Shown: positions 36,914 through 50,255, counted from the first letter of the stretch. The stretch is 64,000 bases of DNA from Lepidodermella squamata (GCA_047495785.1 JBLDXI010000033.1:806001-870000), one strand, 5' to 3'. Program-made: numbers and translations. Notes: generated by a model not told the origin, from the letters alone.

Positions 36914-39900
36914 ATGAGAACGACAGGGTTTAGCACTATTCTGTTTATCTTGGAATTAATTCTACCCATAATTTCGGGTGGATCCTTTTTCTCGCGTCTC
37001 ACGTCGAGAAAGGTTCAAACGATGGTTGGCAGCGGACTGCAGGATTTGTCTCCAATAACCGCAAGAACTCTAAATGACGTTGGCGAGGCAAACTCCTGCG
37101 CTGCCTACTGTTCCGGTGAAAAGTCGTGTAAATCAGCTATGTTTCAAATCTCAACGAAAACATGCTCCCTATTGACGGTTCAAGCTTTTGGATCTAAAAT
37201 GGTTGAAACAGTTGATAACAGCAATTTTATTACGTTTTCGCTCGCGGGTAACACTCCTGTGTCTCGCACAAACCAATTTAATGGACGATCGAACAATACT
37301 TATTACTTCGATACTATCAGGCAGTCATCAAATATGGGTATGATAATTCATTTACATTCTAATATTTACCGTAGCGATTTGACTATCAGCTACATGCTGG
37401 AATATGTACTCTCCCACTGCAACATCCCAACCTATTGAGGAACTCGGGGTTAGCGGTAACAGGTTGGGCGATCTGGCTTTCAGTTCGAGTTCGACCACAA
37501 CTGGGGCGAATGCGGCGTTTGGCGATCCGGCTCCAATGGCCATAGGCTCAACTCAATGACCGGATTCTTCTGCTGGCAACCTAACTCTCCGAATTTCGCG
37601 AATGAATGGCTTAAGTTTGACATGCAACGCTTCGTCTGGGTTACGTCGATCAGCTATCGAAGCCGTGGAGCCAATGAATTCTGGCAGTCGATAAGACTCG
37701 AGTATGGCTATGACGATAACAACTACAACCGGTTCAGGCTTAAACAAGGTTTCTTTGACCCTTTTCACCCTATATTCTCACCACTATAAGAAACCTTTGC
37801 GTTTTTCAGATACTAGACACTGCTGCCTTAACGGTACGAGTGGATTTGGACAAGGCTTTTATGACAAAGTTCATTCGCATCATACCGAACGCAAACACTA
37901 ATCCAGCTCAACCTAATCGCTGCATGCAGTTTTCGTTTTCCGGCTGCACGGCTACTTGTACAGGTATAATTCCAGTCTTTTCTCGGTCAGTTCAAAAATC
38001 TTGCTTTTGTCTCGCAGAGCCGCTAGGCATTGGATCGATGAAGCTGTCAAACGCCTTCACGTGGGATCCTTCACCGCAACCGATTTCGTTCCTAGGAGAC
38101 TATCCAAGAACCGCACTCATCGATTTGACTAAGCAGACGCTTGTCAACGCAATCAGTTTGGAGCCTCGAGCCATGTGCACAAGGGAAAGGGTAACGCAGT
38201 TCATTGTGCAGCATCGCGTTTCGAATACAAGCCAGTGGATCGCTGCTGCGGCTGACACCGGTTCAGCGGTGAGAGAATTCTGAATTATTATATGATTGAC
38301 ATTTAGACACCTAATTTGTTGCAAGGTTTTCCCTGGAAACACTGACGCGAACGGAGCAGTGGCGTCATTCTTCCGAAATCGACCAGGAATCTGTTCGGAT
38401 GGCGGGCGATCATTTTTCCGTCTGGATTACTTTCAATTCAATACACCACTAGTCAGAGCTTGCAGTGGGAGATGAATGTGACTCTACCTTTCGACCGTTG
38501 GACTTTCATTGGGTTCACCTTCGACTGCCGTAGTGGCACGGCCAAAGTATACGTCGATGCTTGGCCTAGAGGAGCTAGATACGTTGGCTGCAGCTCGACT
38601 TCGATTCCAACAGGGCCTTAATCGTTGATCGGGAGACGCGGTGCGATTGCAGGGCGACTAGCTTGTTACCAGATCTGCCGACGCCCACTTGATCAAACCG
38701 AAGTCACCGAAGCTTCTCTTTGTCCTTGGCAACGTAAGCGTTTCAGAATCATCACTCTTGAAGAATTGTATTTGAGATGTACTCTCAGCGCCTCAGCCAT
38801 TTGCTCTATACCCTCTAAACTGCATCACAGACGAAATTCTAAGGGGTACACCCACGATAACCCCCATAGGATCACCCTCATGCTCAGCATACGATGCTTA
38901 TCCATCATCGTAAGTGATGAATATTTTTCCCAGTATTAATTGAACCCAAAGATTGATCTTTTTCAAGGTCCTATTCGCTTCCGACATCTGCTGCGTTTGC
39001 CATTGATACATCCGAGTTGGATCTTCAATTTTCCTTCACGATCCTGATGAATGTCATGGCTCCTGCGAATCAAACTGGCATTGTATTCGGCTGGTGGAAT
39101 GGATCGACACCTGTGGCCTATTTCTCCCTATGCCTGCCACCAGCTTGCCAGCCTGGGTTTGTTTTTCGATGCCGTGGGACAACGTTATTTGTTAACACTA
39201 CTGGAGTCAACGTTCCGTTTCGACTTGGCCGTTGGTATCAAGTCGGCGTTATGCATGACTATGGAGCAAGACTGGGTACCAACATCGTTTTTGAGGGTGA
39301 GCTGGTTGGGAAAGCCAGTGTAGATTGCCCTCTGCAACTCGATGCTCCATCATTCCGAGTTGGCAGCTCGAATTTTGCAGGATCAGTAGCTTGCCTGCAA
39401 ATATATAAGCATGGATTAAATGAGCGTCAGATTCAAATTGTGCGTCGCTGCCCTATGATCAACTCGTCGGAGCTAGAGTCTGGACTATATAACACAATGG
39501 ACAATATGCTCAACTACGATCAGCTGGCAGATAATGCCAACTTATACACCTACACGGGTGCCTCCATAACCAACGCATTCAGAATGAGTTTTATGAAAAA
39601 CCATCACGTAGCAACTTTCACTGGAGTCAGGGCGGTTCGGCTGGAAGGCGGGACTCCGGAGGCTGGAACGTATAAAGCAATGTCGTATACGATTGGAGCT
39701 TTCTATTATCAAACAGCAACGGGAAATTGGAGGATGTTTTTCATATCGCAATCATCTGCTGGTTACCTCAAACTCTACACTTTCGAAACTCTTAAACCCC
39801 GGCTCTATTACGCGAGTTCTTGCCAAGGCGAGAAAAATTGGGAGAAATCTGGAATCTCAACGGTTAATGAGTGGCGTCACTACATGCTAGATTTGGAAAC

Positions 39901-42244
39901 AATAGGCATTACGCAAAGGTTCAGGTTTTACGTCAATGGAATTGTTGCGCATGCACATGACGTCACATCTAACTCCTGCCCAAGCCCATCATCGGTTACA
40001 TCAGGGAACATCAACTTTTCAGTAAGTCAAGATTACTATGCCCTGTCTTGGCGGCTTTATTTTTATTATTTCGCGATAGGATGGGAGTCAGGATTGGGCA
40101 TCCATAGCGGGTGGTGTGGCATATTTGTTAGCTTTTCAAACAAGTTTGGGTCAAATGCTTGTCAATGAAATTTACTCTCAAAGCTCAAAGTCCTCCCCCA
40201 TCGCGACGTATGCCCGATTAATAATGAACTTTTGCTTTCAGTCCAAGGTCATGCTTGTAACAATGATTTGCTGTCTAATAGCGACGCTCGTTTTTCTTAC
40301 TCCTTCTTCAAAACAATAAGCGGAATCGCTCGAAACGCCAATCCTTGGTTGAATAGCGACGGTTCGACCGCCAGCTGGATTCCAAATACCGATTCTAACT
40401 CTGAATTCATGCAAATTAACTTCAACGAACCTAGAACGATAACGGCGATAGCCACTCAGGGTGACCAAAGCACAGGGCGCTATATCATCCAATTCAAAAT
40501 TAGTTACACAAACGATCCGAAGTTTTGGATCTCCTTCGCCGATCAATATACGGGTGCTGCAGAAAAAACTTTCACGGGAAATACTGATTCAACAACAGTC
40601 ATTTGGAACTATATCCGTCCATTTGTTGTAGCGAAATACATTAGAATTACCCCGACTTCATGGTCTGGATCTGGTATAGGACTGAAACTGGCTGTTCGAG
40701 GATGCCGCAGTTAGTTTAAATGCAATATTATATCCGTTACAGATTTGGAATATTTTGGGAATAGATGCCTTCATCAGCTCGAATCTCATCGATGATGCGA
40801 CAAGCATTACAGCGTCATCGGCTGTCGACACTCTGAATTTGAATTTGTGTTGTTATCCCAACTCAGCAAACGCTTGGACCGCAACATCCGACGATCCATC
40901 ACCGTTTATTCAATTCTCGTTTACTGACAGCAACAGAATTTTGACAGCGAGCGTTATTCAAGGCGGTGTGACGTCTGGAGCTTGGATTAGAAAATATCAT
41001 CTGAGAATCTCAATGGATGGGACTCTGAATTGGAGAGGCCTGACCTGGCAAAACGGGTCTTTGAGAATATTCGATGGGCCGAATGCGAATAATGGCATTC
41101 AGACTAACTACATTATGCCTTCAGTGTTAGCTGGAGGAATTCGATTGTATGTCGAAGATTTTGTCATCTCGGCATCTGGTCGCTTTTGGTTCTTAGGGTG
41201 TCGTCAGGACATATTTGAGATTCCAAGATCGTATGTTTCTGTTAGAACTGGCAGCACAGCCCCCGCGACGACCCAAGCTGCATTGAACCAACCTTTCATG
41301 GGTGCCAGCCCATCATTGGAGCTTGCAACTGGTCCATTAAATCGAAGACTGATTATCTCACCATCACCGGTCGCTGCTCGTTACATCAGTGTCATAGCTG
41401 ATAGGCCTTATACTGAGTTGGCCCTATGCCAAGTAACTGCGGGCCATGATAACGGCACCAATATGGCCTTCCAGCAAAAAGTGACGTCCTCGCCTGATTT
41501 AAGTGCTAACAACGCTTCGAGTTTGACTGATGGGATTATATTTGGAGCCGGCGCGGTGATTTCTGCAACAAATTCGTGGTTCTACGTTGACCTCGGCGCT
41601 GCGATGCCTGTCACGAAAATTCTGTTACTGGGGATATCAGCGACGACTAACTATCCGTCTTATTCGATCGCTGCGACAACAGTGCAAGCAGGTTGTTCGC
41701 CAACTATTCTCAATTTAACATGTTCAGGAAGTAGGGTGATCTATCCGCAAATGGCTTTTTGGGGTCGCGAATCTTCAACCCACTGCGGCGGAACATCAGG
41801 AGCTTGTCCTTATGTCAACAACCCTAAGCTGTTTTCAACTATCATGGACGCGTGCTATCAGAAGCGAAATTGCTCAGTGGCGAACAATGGTACTGCATTT
41901 GGAAGCTATTCAATCGACCCTTGCCCGAACCTGCCCAAGTCTTCAAGCATAAGCTACGTGTGTATGGAGCGTTAGTTTGAACTTACTACTCATTAATTGA
42001 GACTTGAAAATTCTGCTTTATAGCTGATGATGAAAACGCACGTATCGAAGGACGAGTTGGTGACAATACGGGGAATTTCGCAGCTAATTCACTTTGCAGC
42101 TATCATTCATTCGCTAATTCGGTGACCGTTCTGGCGAATCCAAATTTAGAACTTTACTGCACTCCACCCGTGTTTGGTCGATATGTCATCGTGTACAAAA
42201 GATGGAGTGCAGTCATGACCTTGAGTGAAATTCAGATTTTTTAA
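36914..42244 (+). pseudogene. Pseudogenised tandem paralog of the mosaic lectin
   Basis: Versus 30014-36026: 2-bp insertion ~37542, 11-bp deletion ~37728, ~0.7-kb deletion at ~38384, TAA at 38619-38621, 7-bp duplication CTCAAAG at 40177-40190. Confidence 0.8.
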
Positions 42245-42345
42245 CGCATTCAAACTCCTCCCTAAAATGTAGCAAATGAGGATTATTTCATTTATTTTGG
42301 TATTATCTTGAGTGAATTTATGATAAAATAAAACAGAGCTATTCC

Positions 42346-43041
42346 TCAGGCAGAACTGACCTCAACCCGAATGCTCTGTCCGGTTGGGACAATTTTTATC
42401 ACCGGAGGAATGTTGAACCGTTGGATCCGCCGCTCACGATTACGCTGCCAGCAATCCGCTAGATGATTCTTGTTAACGCAAATCGCTCGACAGCAGAAAA
42501 CGCCGCTGATGAAGAATAGGGCGATTCCAAATCCCATAAAACTCTCCCCTATCACAAGAGCCCGTTGAAACTGCATTACATCAATGTCGAGACGGGAGCC
42601 TTCGTCTTGCTGATATTCTTGGACTGCTTCACTGAAGTTGTAGCGGGTTTTTACGTTGATATGAATCGCCCACATGCCGAAACAGCTGATTGCGATGAAA
42701 ATCATCCCGAAGATCAACAAACAAGCATCCCCACCGTCGAATTTCGTACTGCTCCAGCTTTTTAAGGGCTTCCATCGTTCTTCGATGACAAATTGATAAG
42801 GCTCGTGGCATAGATCGCAGCAGGGTCGTCCTTGTGCGTTGAGCTTTAATGCAGTTGATATGGCTAGTTCAAGACAAGTTTTATGGGCATAACCGACAGA
42901 TCCTCGGCAAGAGCAGAACCCGGTATAGAGTGAGCTTTCCGGTTGGCTTGTAATCCCGCCTAAACAAATTCGGCATTGACTTTGGTCTTCGGAGTCCTGA
43001 GTTGGGAGATCATTTGACAAAACCTCTAGTGCTTGCGACAT
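42346..43041 (-). CDS. MARCH-like RING-CH, 2-TM protein (M1), intronless
   Basis: CRIC...CSCRGSVGYAHKTC...CDLC (C4HC3), WKPLKSW, two TMs, FNIPPV. Confidence 0.85.
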   Translation of the reverse strand: MSQALEVLSNDLPTQDSEDQSQCRICLGGITSQPESSLYTGFCSCRGSVGYAHKTCLELAISTALKLNAQGRPCCDLCHEPYQFVIEERWKPLKSWSSTKFDGGDACLLIFGMIFIAISCFGMWAIHINVKTRYNFSEAVQEYQQDEGSRLDIDVMQFQRALVIGESFMGFGIALFFISGVFCCRAICVNKNHLADCWQRNRERRIQRFNIPPVIKIVPTGQSIRVEVSSA

Positions 43042-43254
43042 GAAAGTTTTAAAGCCTGCAGCAGGATGAAAGCTGAATAAACCTATTACGTTCAAGTTAG
43101 CATTGAGGATTTTTTGCTTTCCTACTACATGGAAGAATTTTCTCGTGTTTGAAGGTGTTTAGCGTAGTTTTTTTTGCTTTTTCATCGAGATGATGCTAGA
43201 CATGGCAGTAATAGGGAAAACAAAAGAAATTAGTCATATTATTGGCAATTTTAT

Positions 43255-43878
43255 TCATGCAATCTCATTCTTATCAGACGATTTAAAATGAGTGATCTCT
43301 ATGGCTTGATTCATCCTGCAAAATTCTCCGATAAAATTCTTGGTAATGAAAATAGTATGAATGCAAAATAGGCCAATAGTTATGAAAATAGCTATGCTGA
43401 GGCCCATGAAACTTTCACAGACCTGCAGCGCGTAATTAAAATTCAAAAATTCGTCGTAGTCTTCCGATGATTGCTGATGCATCATAGCCAGTTGCCGCAT
43501 GAATCTCAATCGCGATTTTATGTGCAAATTCACGGACCAAATTCCGACTATGGCCAGGCCTATTACACCGAGTGAAAACAGGAACAGGCACATGTCGCCA
43601 CTTCCTAAATTCGGTACCACCCATTGCCGTAATGGCTTCCATCGCCATCTCACCTCGAATTGATAGGGCTGTTTGCAAATATCGCATATTAGTTCGGCAT
43701 CTGTTGTTTGACAGGTTGAAATAGCTCTTTCGAGACATGGTCGATGAGCAAAGCCGATGGAGCCTCGGCAAGAACAAAATCCAGTTTGTAAGGAGTAACC
43801 AGGCTGTTCTAACATTAAGCAAATTCTGCAGTGATTGTCCGACTCATTATCATGATACAAGTTTTGAGCTGAAATCAT
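43255..43878 (-). CDS. MARCH-like RING-CH, 2-TM protein (M2), intronless
   Basis: CRIC...CSCRGSIGFAHRPC...CDIC, WKPLRQW, two TMs. Confidence 0.85.
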   Translation of the reverse strand: MISAQNLYHDNESDNHCRICLMLEQPGYSLQTGFCSCRGSIGFAHRPCLERAISTCQTTDAELICDICKQPYQFEVRWRWKPLRQWVVPNLGSGDMCLFLFSLGVIGLAIVGIWSVNLHIKSRLRFMRQLAMMHQQSSEDYDEFLNFNYALQVCESFMGLSIAIFITIGLFCIHTIFITKNFIGEFCRMNQAIEITHFKSSDKNEIA

Positions 43879-44229
43879 GATATTTGTTGACAGAATGTTG
43901 AAAACTCAAGACTGGGCGACAAACTCGACAGACACAGCCCACTACATAGCATTCTCTGTTTTATATAGAAAAAATGACCACTTTTTTAGCGTTTACCTTG
44001 AGCACTTTTTCATTGACGATGGCAAAATGTACCGGGCTATAGCGCTAAGTAATGGTCAAATAAACGCATAAAAACTAACGTGAGGACCAGGTGCATAAAA
44101 ATGTGAAATTATATTATTGGGCAAAAATATCGCGCGTTATTGATATAAAATACCGCATAAATTATAATTTTTATTGCAAAAAACGTGTAAAAAATCATTT
44201 CATTATAATGAAAAATCACAAATTTTGCG

Positions 44230-45251
44230 ATGAAAATTGTTCATGTATTTGTTCTGGGATACTTCGTCATTCCGGGTAAATTCCTCATTTAAAAGAGATT
44301 TAATTTTAATTTTCTGGCTTTACAGCAGTTATCAAAGCATTTTGGTTCCTGAGGACGAGTCTCATCATGCAGGTTCAATTTGACAAAGCAAGTGGGATGA
44401 GAGACGCAATATGTGGGCTAAATCCGATCAATGTAAACAATAGAAGCCAAGTTTCAAAAGACCCTGGTCCGATGGGGAAGCGCGGGACGGCCTATATCAA
44501 CCCCGGCAGCTCAGCCGCACTGGGAACCTACCAATATCTACCGCTTCAAAGCGGCTTTTCGATATCAGTAATCTACAGCAGCTTCAGCCCATTGAGCGGC
44601 ATTCTCGACGTTGAATTCGACAACGCGTACTTATCCCTCTACATCGACACGGATAGAAACTTCGTTAAAACGGACACGTCCAGCTATTTGTGGCTGCAAT
44701 ACTGGTCGAAAAGAGGAGAGGGGAATTTCCTGACTGCGCAGACCTTCAAATTTGAGGAAGGTGATTTCACGCTGATAGTAATCACATATTCAAGAGAGGA
44801 TCAAAGGCTGCGAGCGTCGGTCTTCTCAGATTTTCGAAAAAATGATGATTATAAATCCATGTTTTTCGGCGGAATTGATTTCACGATTAATCCCGGTCAA
44901 ACCAAAGTGCCGATAACTGTTGGTAGAGCAGTTGTCCGCGGCATGCCACCGAATACATCTTACACGTATTACATGAATGAAGACGATGCGATTTCTTGTC
45001 TGGCAGTGTATGATGCGCCAATTGCGGATGAATTTATCAAGCAGATTCCTACTACGTGTGGAGAGGAGAAGCCACCGCCGAAATCGGTATCTAACTGCGA
45101 TAGGTTGCCGGCTAAAGTCATCACAACAACCCCGGTTCCGACAACGGTAACGCGCCGTGTTAACCCAGTTGAAACAATTAATAGTTCAGCAAGACTTACT
45201 GCTGGTCTTATTGAATTAATGATTATTTTTGCATTCATTCAAAACCTGTGA
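44230..45251 (+). CDS. Putative GPI-anchored LamG/concanavalin-like protein, exons 44230-44275, 44326-45251
   Basis: Upstream exon supplies a hydrophobic N-terminus in frame; GPMG...AY and ISCLAVYD resemble the LamG units of the mosaic lectin; Thr-rich stalk; C-terminal NSSA plus hydrophobic tail. Confidence 0.65.
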
Positions 45252-45387
45252 AAAAAAATCTTTAAACCTACATACTGCAATGAGTAAGTGGAACCGCTAA
45301 ATAAATTTTAATTCTATTTTCAATAATTAGCAGTTTTATCGTTGGAAATCATTTTTCTGTAATATGCAATATGCATTTTGGGAATGT

Positions 45388-46365
45388 TCACTCTAACAGG
45401 ATAACCAGGCATATCGCCCAAACAGCCAACAATGGGCTAACTGTGACTACTTCCGCTGAATTGATTGTTGTAAGCCGTGGAGTAATTCTTGTAGTTGTGT
45501 TAGAAGTGGTAGTGGTAGCATTTCGCGCAGTTTCAATGGTGTCCGCAATCCATTGAGTATAACTCGAAACACGAGTGAAGATACCGACCTTGAAAATGGT
45601 TGACAGGTCACATTTAATGCCGAGCGACACAATGCCATGCTGAGTAACTGTTCCATCAGCTGATTTATAGAAAAGTGGACCACCACTGTCACCGGGGCAA
45701 AATCGCTTCAATTCTGTGTCGTAGCCAGCACAAATCATCGACGACCCAACTTTAACTGGCTTTGGAACTCCGTTAACTAGAATTGTCACGTTCTCATACT
45801 CAGCTTCGCATTCATCATTACTCGCGATAGGCATGTCTGCCTTTCGAAGATACTGCGACGTTGCTGTCGAAGACGATTGATACATGCCCCATCCAGATAC
45901 TACTGCTACTTCGCCAGGATTCGGGTCATCCACTGGTAGCTTGATAGGTTGTATGGTGCTAGAAAACGTTATGTTTGTCTTCAGCTTGATCAAAGCAATG
46001 TCGTTTTCGTAGATGTTCGGTGAGTTGTATTTAGGGTGGATGAAGACTTCTTCCAAATAGACTGTCTCTTCACCTGTTTCGATTGCATATAAATCGTGTT
46101 TGCCGAGAAAAAACCTGAAGTCAGCCCACTGCCCTTCTTTGTACTCGGCGAAGCAGTGGCCGGCTGAAAGTAGCCACTGTTCGTTGATGATGCTCGCGCC
46201 ACAGATGTGCCGGGTTTTGAATTTGTGCGAGACCTGCCAGGGAAATTCGTGGGGTTCGGCGATGCTTCCGCCGATGACTCGGACTGAGTCTAAGGAATTG
46301 ACACAATTCCCGTAAATTGCTGAGGTCAGGGCGGCAGCGAGAGGAAGGAGGAAATAAATTCCCAT
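45388..46365 (-). CDS. S1A serine protease, GPI-type tail (P1), intronless
   Basis: R|VIGG, LSAGHC, NDIAL, GDSGGP; Thr-rich stalk and hydrophobic C-terminus. Confidence 0.92.
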   Translation of the reverse strand: MGIYFLLPLAAALTSAIYGNCVNSLDSVRVIGGSIAEPHEFPWQVSHKFKTRHICGASIINEQWLLSAGHCFAEYKEGQWADFRFFLGKHDLYAIETGEETVYLEEVFIHPKYNSPNIYENDIALIKLKTNITFSSTIQPIKLPVDDPNPGEVAVVSGWGMYQSSSTATSQYLRKADMPIASNDECEAEYENVTILVNGVPKPVKVGSSMICAGYDTELKRFCPGDSGGPLFYKSADGTVTQHGIVSLGIKCDLSTIFKVGIFTRVSSYTQWIADTIETARNATTTTSNTTTRITPRLTTINSAEVVTVSPLLAVWAICLVILLE

Positions 46366-46469
46366 TTTACCGGGTGCTAAAAGAAAGTTAAACTGGTAAT
46401 GGCTGTCAGAATGCATATAATGGCTCTTATACTTCTGCCCGCCCTGTTATATAGAGCAAAAATCCTTGT

Positions 46470-46660
46470 CGTGTGGTACTTTTTCAGAGTTATTTAAACA
46501 GAGACACTGCTAAAATGGATTACTAATCGCCTTTTCCTGGATGAAATCACCGTTTTTGTAAATAAAAGCCGTTCCTGATGATTAACGTAGTTCCCAAACT
46601 GCAGCTTTCTAATCAAATCGGTGGGGATAAGGTCTTATCTGTAACATGGGTTGATAATTG
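46470..46660 (-). promoter_or_regulatory. Conserved upstream block with paired GATA sites, shared with P2 upstream (~49300-49525)
   Basis: TGAAATCACCGTTTTTGTAAATA and GATAAGGTCTTATCTGTAACATGGGTTGATA are both conserved upstream of P2. Confidence 0.55.
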
Positions 46661-48269
46661 ATAATAGCTACATAGGTAATCTATTCATACCTGTGCCATT
46701 TTACAACTTGAGGTCTATACCGCGGATGTACCTTGATGACTGATGTCCACTGAGCTCACAGCGAATATCTTTTGCGTTTTATTGGGCGGATTGCAGAGTC
46801 CGGATATAGCTATGTTTTTGTAATTTGAGTAGACAATTCGACATTTTCACCATTTCGACTTCAAATCCCCTTTTTAGCGAAATTTAAAAAATCAGTATTT
46901 CGGGTATTGCCATGGTGTATATGGTGTATAATGGCACTACTAAAAGCTCTTCCCTAATGGACATAACTGAGTTCCGCTTTCCTCAAGAGCTTCCGGCAAT
47001 CTCAAGTTGTAAATCAAGGTGTATGATTCAAGAGGAATTAAGGATTCCCACGTGGTTGGTTATTTTTTGCTTCAATAGAAAATGCGATTCCGCCCGGTGT
47101 TTCCGCCCGGTGATTCCGCCCGCTCACGCGAGTTAAGGTGGATCTTTTATTTTTAATTTCTGTTAAAATCCAAATCACTGAATTACTGGACGAACCAGGC
47201 TCCATCAAGGGATTGGACTAGCAAAGCAAAAATTTGAACCAAAGAACGCATTTTAACAAAAACCATATTTATTGAACGCTTAAACTGTGAGAGATGAGCT
47301 TATAAATACAATCAAATAGTCATTTCTAGATATTTGACATTCACCGTGCAGCTGTTCACTTGAAAACTGGCGTCGACCGTGAACTGGCGTGATTCAAACC
47401 GGTTCATCAAGCTGTTCAGGATCATCGCCCAACAATGCCAGTCGCTTCGCATAGAAATTTTCCTCCGAAACTCGTTGATCAGCAGAGTCGGCGAATCGTT
47501 TCGTGGAATTTCTCACCGCTCCCATTGTCTCAAACGCAAATTCTTCGATGTGTCGTCGCAGCTATTCAGCAACGCCTTCAAATTAATCGCCGTCATCGCC
47601 ATCATCGCCGTCGGATTGGCCATGAGGAAATTCGGGCTTTTCTGTAGTAGTCCAATATTTTGAGCATTGCGGCTTTCACGAGCTGATTAGTGTTGCTGCC
47701 AGCAGACTGCATTTGGTTAGAACCGACAGCGTTTACGAGGATTAAATCGCCGATGCCGAGCGTGATTTCCACCAAAAAAGAATTCAGTGCTAAAATCGTT
47801 CGATTTAAACAGGATCGAACAAAAGCAATTTGCTAAGCGATTTTTTTAGGTTGATTTTTTAATTGCAACAAAATTAATTTAATCTGACACCATGGGTGTG
47901 TGTGTGTTCCGGCATTCTATCCGGTTTTTGAGCGGAAAAATAGTTTTTCTTCAGAAAATAACCATCCATGTGGGAACAGGAATCCTAAACTTGTGTTTCG
48001 GGCAAAAACGAGATTTCGGCTCATGACTGTATTCATCTTCGGTTCCTGCGGAACCTCGATTCATACAGTCATTCGTACAAGAAAAGTGTTTCTGTATTCT
48101 GAGCCATCCAAGATTGCTTAATTTCCATTGAAGCAAAAAATAACCAACCATGTGGGATTTTTTAAGTAATAATTGCTTATTAGCAGTTTTATTTGTGAAA
48201 ATCAATTTTGCATCATATTCATATTATAAAATCGTCATGTAAAATTAAACAGATAGCACCCTCTTCGAA

Positions 48270-49190
48270 CTACCGAAATGTCGTGAAAATAGCCAGACAT
48301 ATCGGCAAAACAGCCAGGAATTTGCTAGTTGTAACTAATGTTGCTGAATTCATTGAATTCATTGTCGCCGTAATCCATTGAGTATACTTTGAAACACGAG
48401 TGAAAACACTGACTTTCAGCACTTTGGAGTTTTCGCAAATAGCTCCCCAAGATACAACGCCATGTTGGGTGATGTTACCATCGGCTGATTTGTAAATCAG
48501 CGGACCACCACTGTCACCGGGGCAGAATCGCTTTTCGAGATTAGAGTAACCAGCGCAAATCATGGTCGGCACAACTTTCACTGGCTTCGCAGTGCCGTCA
48601 ACCCTGATTAACATCCCATCGTACTCCTTGCCGCATTCTTCATTAGTCGCTACTGGCAGGTCAACCTTTCGGAGGAGAAGCGATCCAGCTTTTGAGCCCG
48701 GTATATACCTGCCCCATCCTGAAACTGTCGTCATTTCGTCAGGCTCCGGGTCGAAATCTGGCAGGCTTATCGGCTGAATTGTATCCGAAAACGTTATATT
48801 CCTCGTCAATTTGACCAGGGCAATGTCGTTTTCGAAGGGGTTCGGGGAGCTGTATTTCGGGTGAACAACTACTCTCTCCATTTTGTAAGTAGCCTGGCCA
48901 GCCTCGGTTTTCGTCAAGTCGTGTTTGCCGAGTACAAATTCGAACTCTTTCCAGTCTTTCTCTTCGAGCTCTTTGAAGCAGTGGCCGGCCGAGAGGAGCC
49001 ATCGCTCGTTGATTATGCTGCCACCGCAAACATTTTGGTCCCTGAACTGATGAGACACCTGCCACGGGAACTCGTGGGGAGTTGCAAGAGTTCCACCTAC
49101 GATTCGGAGATCGACACAGTTCCCGTAAATTGCCAAGGACAGCGTTGCAGCGAGTGGAAGTAGGACATGAGTTCCCATTGCACCGAGCAT
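48270..49190 (-). CDS. S1A serine protease, GPI-type tail (P2), intronless
   Basis: R|IVGG, LSAGHC, NDIAL, GDSGGP; MNSA plus hydrophobic tail. Confidence 0.92.
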   Translation of the reverse strand: MLGAMGTHVLLPLAATLSLAIYGNCVDLRIVGGTLATPHEFPWQVSHQFRDQNVCGGSIINERWLLSAGHCFKELEEKDWKEFEFVLGKHDLTKTEAGQATYKMERVVVHPKYSSPNPFENDIALVKLTRNITFSDTIQPISLPDFDPEPDEMTTVSGWGRYIPGSKAGSLLLRKVDLPVATNEECGKEYDGMLIRVDGTAKPVKVVPTMICAGYSNLEKRFCPGDSGGPLIYKSADGNITQHGVVSWGAICENSKVLKVSVFTRVSKYTQWITATMNSMNSATLVTTSKFLAVLPICLAIFTTFR

Positions 49191-49816
49191 TAAAGCGATA
49201 CCAAATTAATGATGTCTGTCTAGGGGATGTCTGGCTTATAAGCCCGTAGTCCACCCTGATAAAAAAAGTCCAATCACGATAACTATAACACTGTTGTACG
49301 TTTTTTTCAGATTTATTTAGATAACCACAGCTTAATGATGTATTAATCAGAACGACTAGTCGCACGTTTCTGGTGAAATCACCGTTTTGTAAATACAAGC
49401 CACTCCTGATTCACGTTTCTTTTACAATAACTGTATAGTAGCATTTTAATCAGTCTCATTAATGCAGTTTTTTTTATCAAATCCGGGGTGATAAGGTCAT
49501 ATCTGTATCATGGGATGATAGTTGTCGAATGATTTCATGGAAAACTAATTAGGTACAGTAAAAGTGCATTCCCAGCTTTTGCCGACTGAACAATTTTCCG
49601 GGGGGAGATTCTGGCAATCCTATTTTTAACCAACTCATGAAATCCTCATGAAAGGAAGAGTGGTTCAAAGCTCCCAAAGTGAAATGCGCGAATTCTGTTG
49701 CCCTGAGCTTGAAGTGTTACCAGGAAATAAGGAACTTTTTTTAGTTATTTAGCTGAGGCAGCCCGAGTAAGGAACCAGGTATGCCGTAGTAGGAAACCCG
49801 GGAAATTTTCACATCT

Positions 49817-50011
49817 TTAGCGACGCGCCAAAACAACCACTTTGATGACTCATTCGATCGTACTTTGACGAGCCGAGCGTAAAGAAGGAGTACGTTCGGC
49901 TTTTTGAGCACTGATCGTACTCATCGTAATTTGAATTTACGTTCAACAGTCGAACGTACTTTCCATAAAAAAGCTATAAATAGTAAAGTGGTTGTTTTGG
50001 CGCGTCGCTAA
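49817..50011. mobile_element. Small foldback/MITE-like element
   Basis: Perfect 27-bp inverted repeat TTAGCGACGCGCCAAAACAACCACTTT / AAAGTGGTTGTTTTGGCGCGTCGCTAA. Confidence 0.65.
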
Positions 50012-50255
50012 CGACATGTAATTGAGACTTTTTCTCTGACGCAAACAGGCTGGCATTTTCAGGAACAGCTTCTGGGACAATATCGAATAGCGAATATTTA
50101 TTATTAAAATCAGGGTCATCATGGGCCACAAGGTATGTCATAATTCCATTGGCCAGTTCGATCAACGTCAGGTTCAGTAAAATGACAGAAATCACAATAA
50201 CTTTAATTTGAAACTATTCCTCATCTTTTTCAAATTGCAACTAAGCAAGTTTTAC

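Noticed and set aside
47330-47780. Coding-like GC-richer stretch between proteases P1 and P2
   Set aside because: Stops in the plausible frames and no recognisable motif; possibly a decayed gene or TE fragment but unsupported
48739-49398. 219-aa minus-strand ORF overlapping protease P2
   Set aside because: Alternate frame of the protease gene with no protein features
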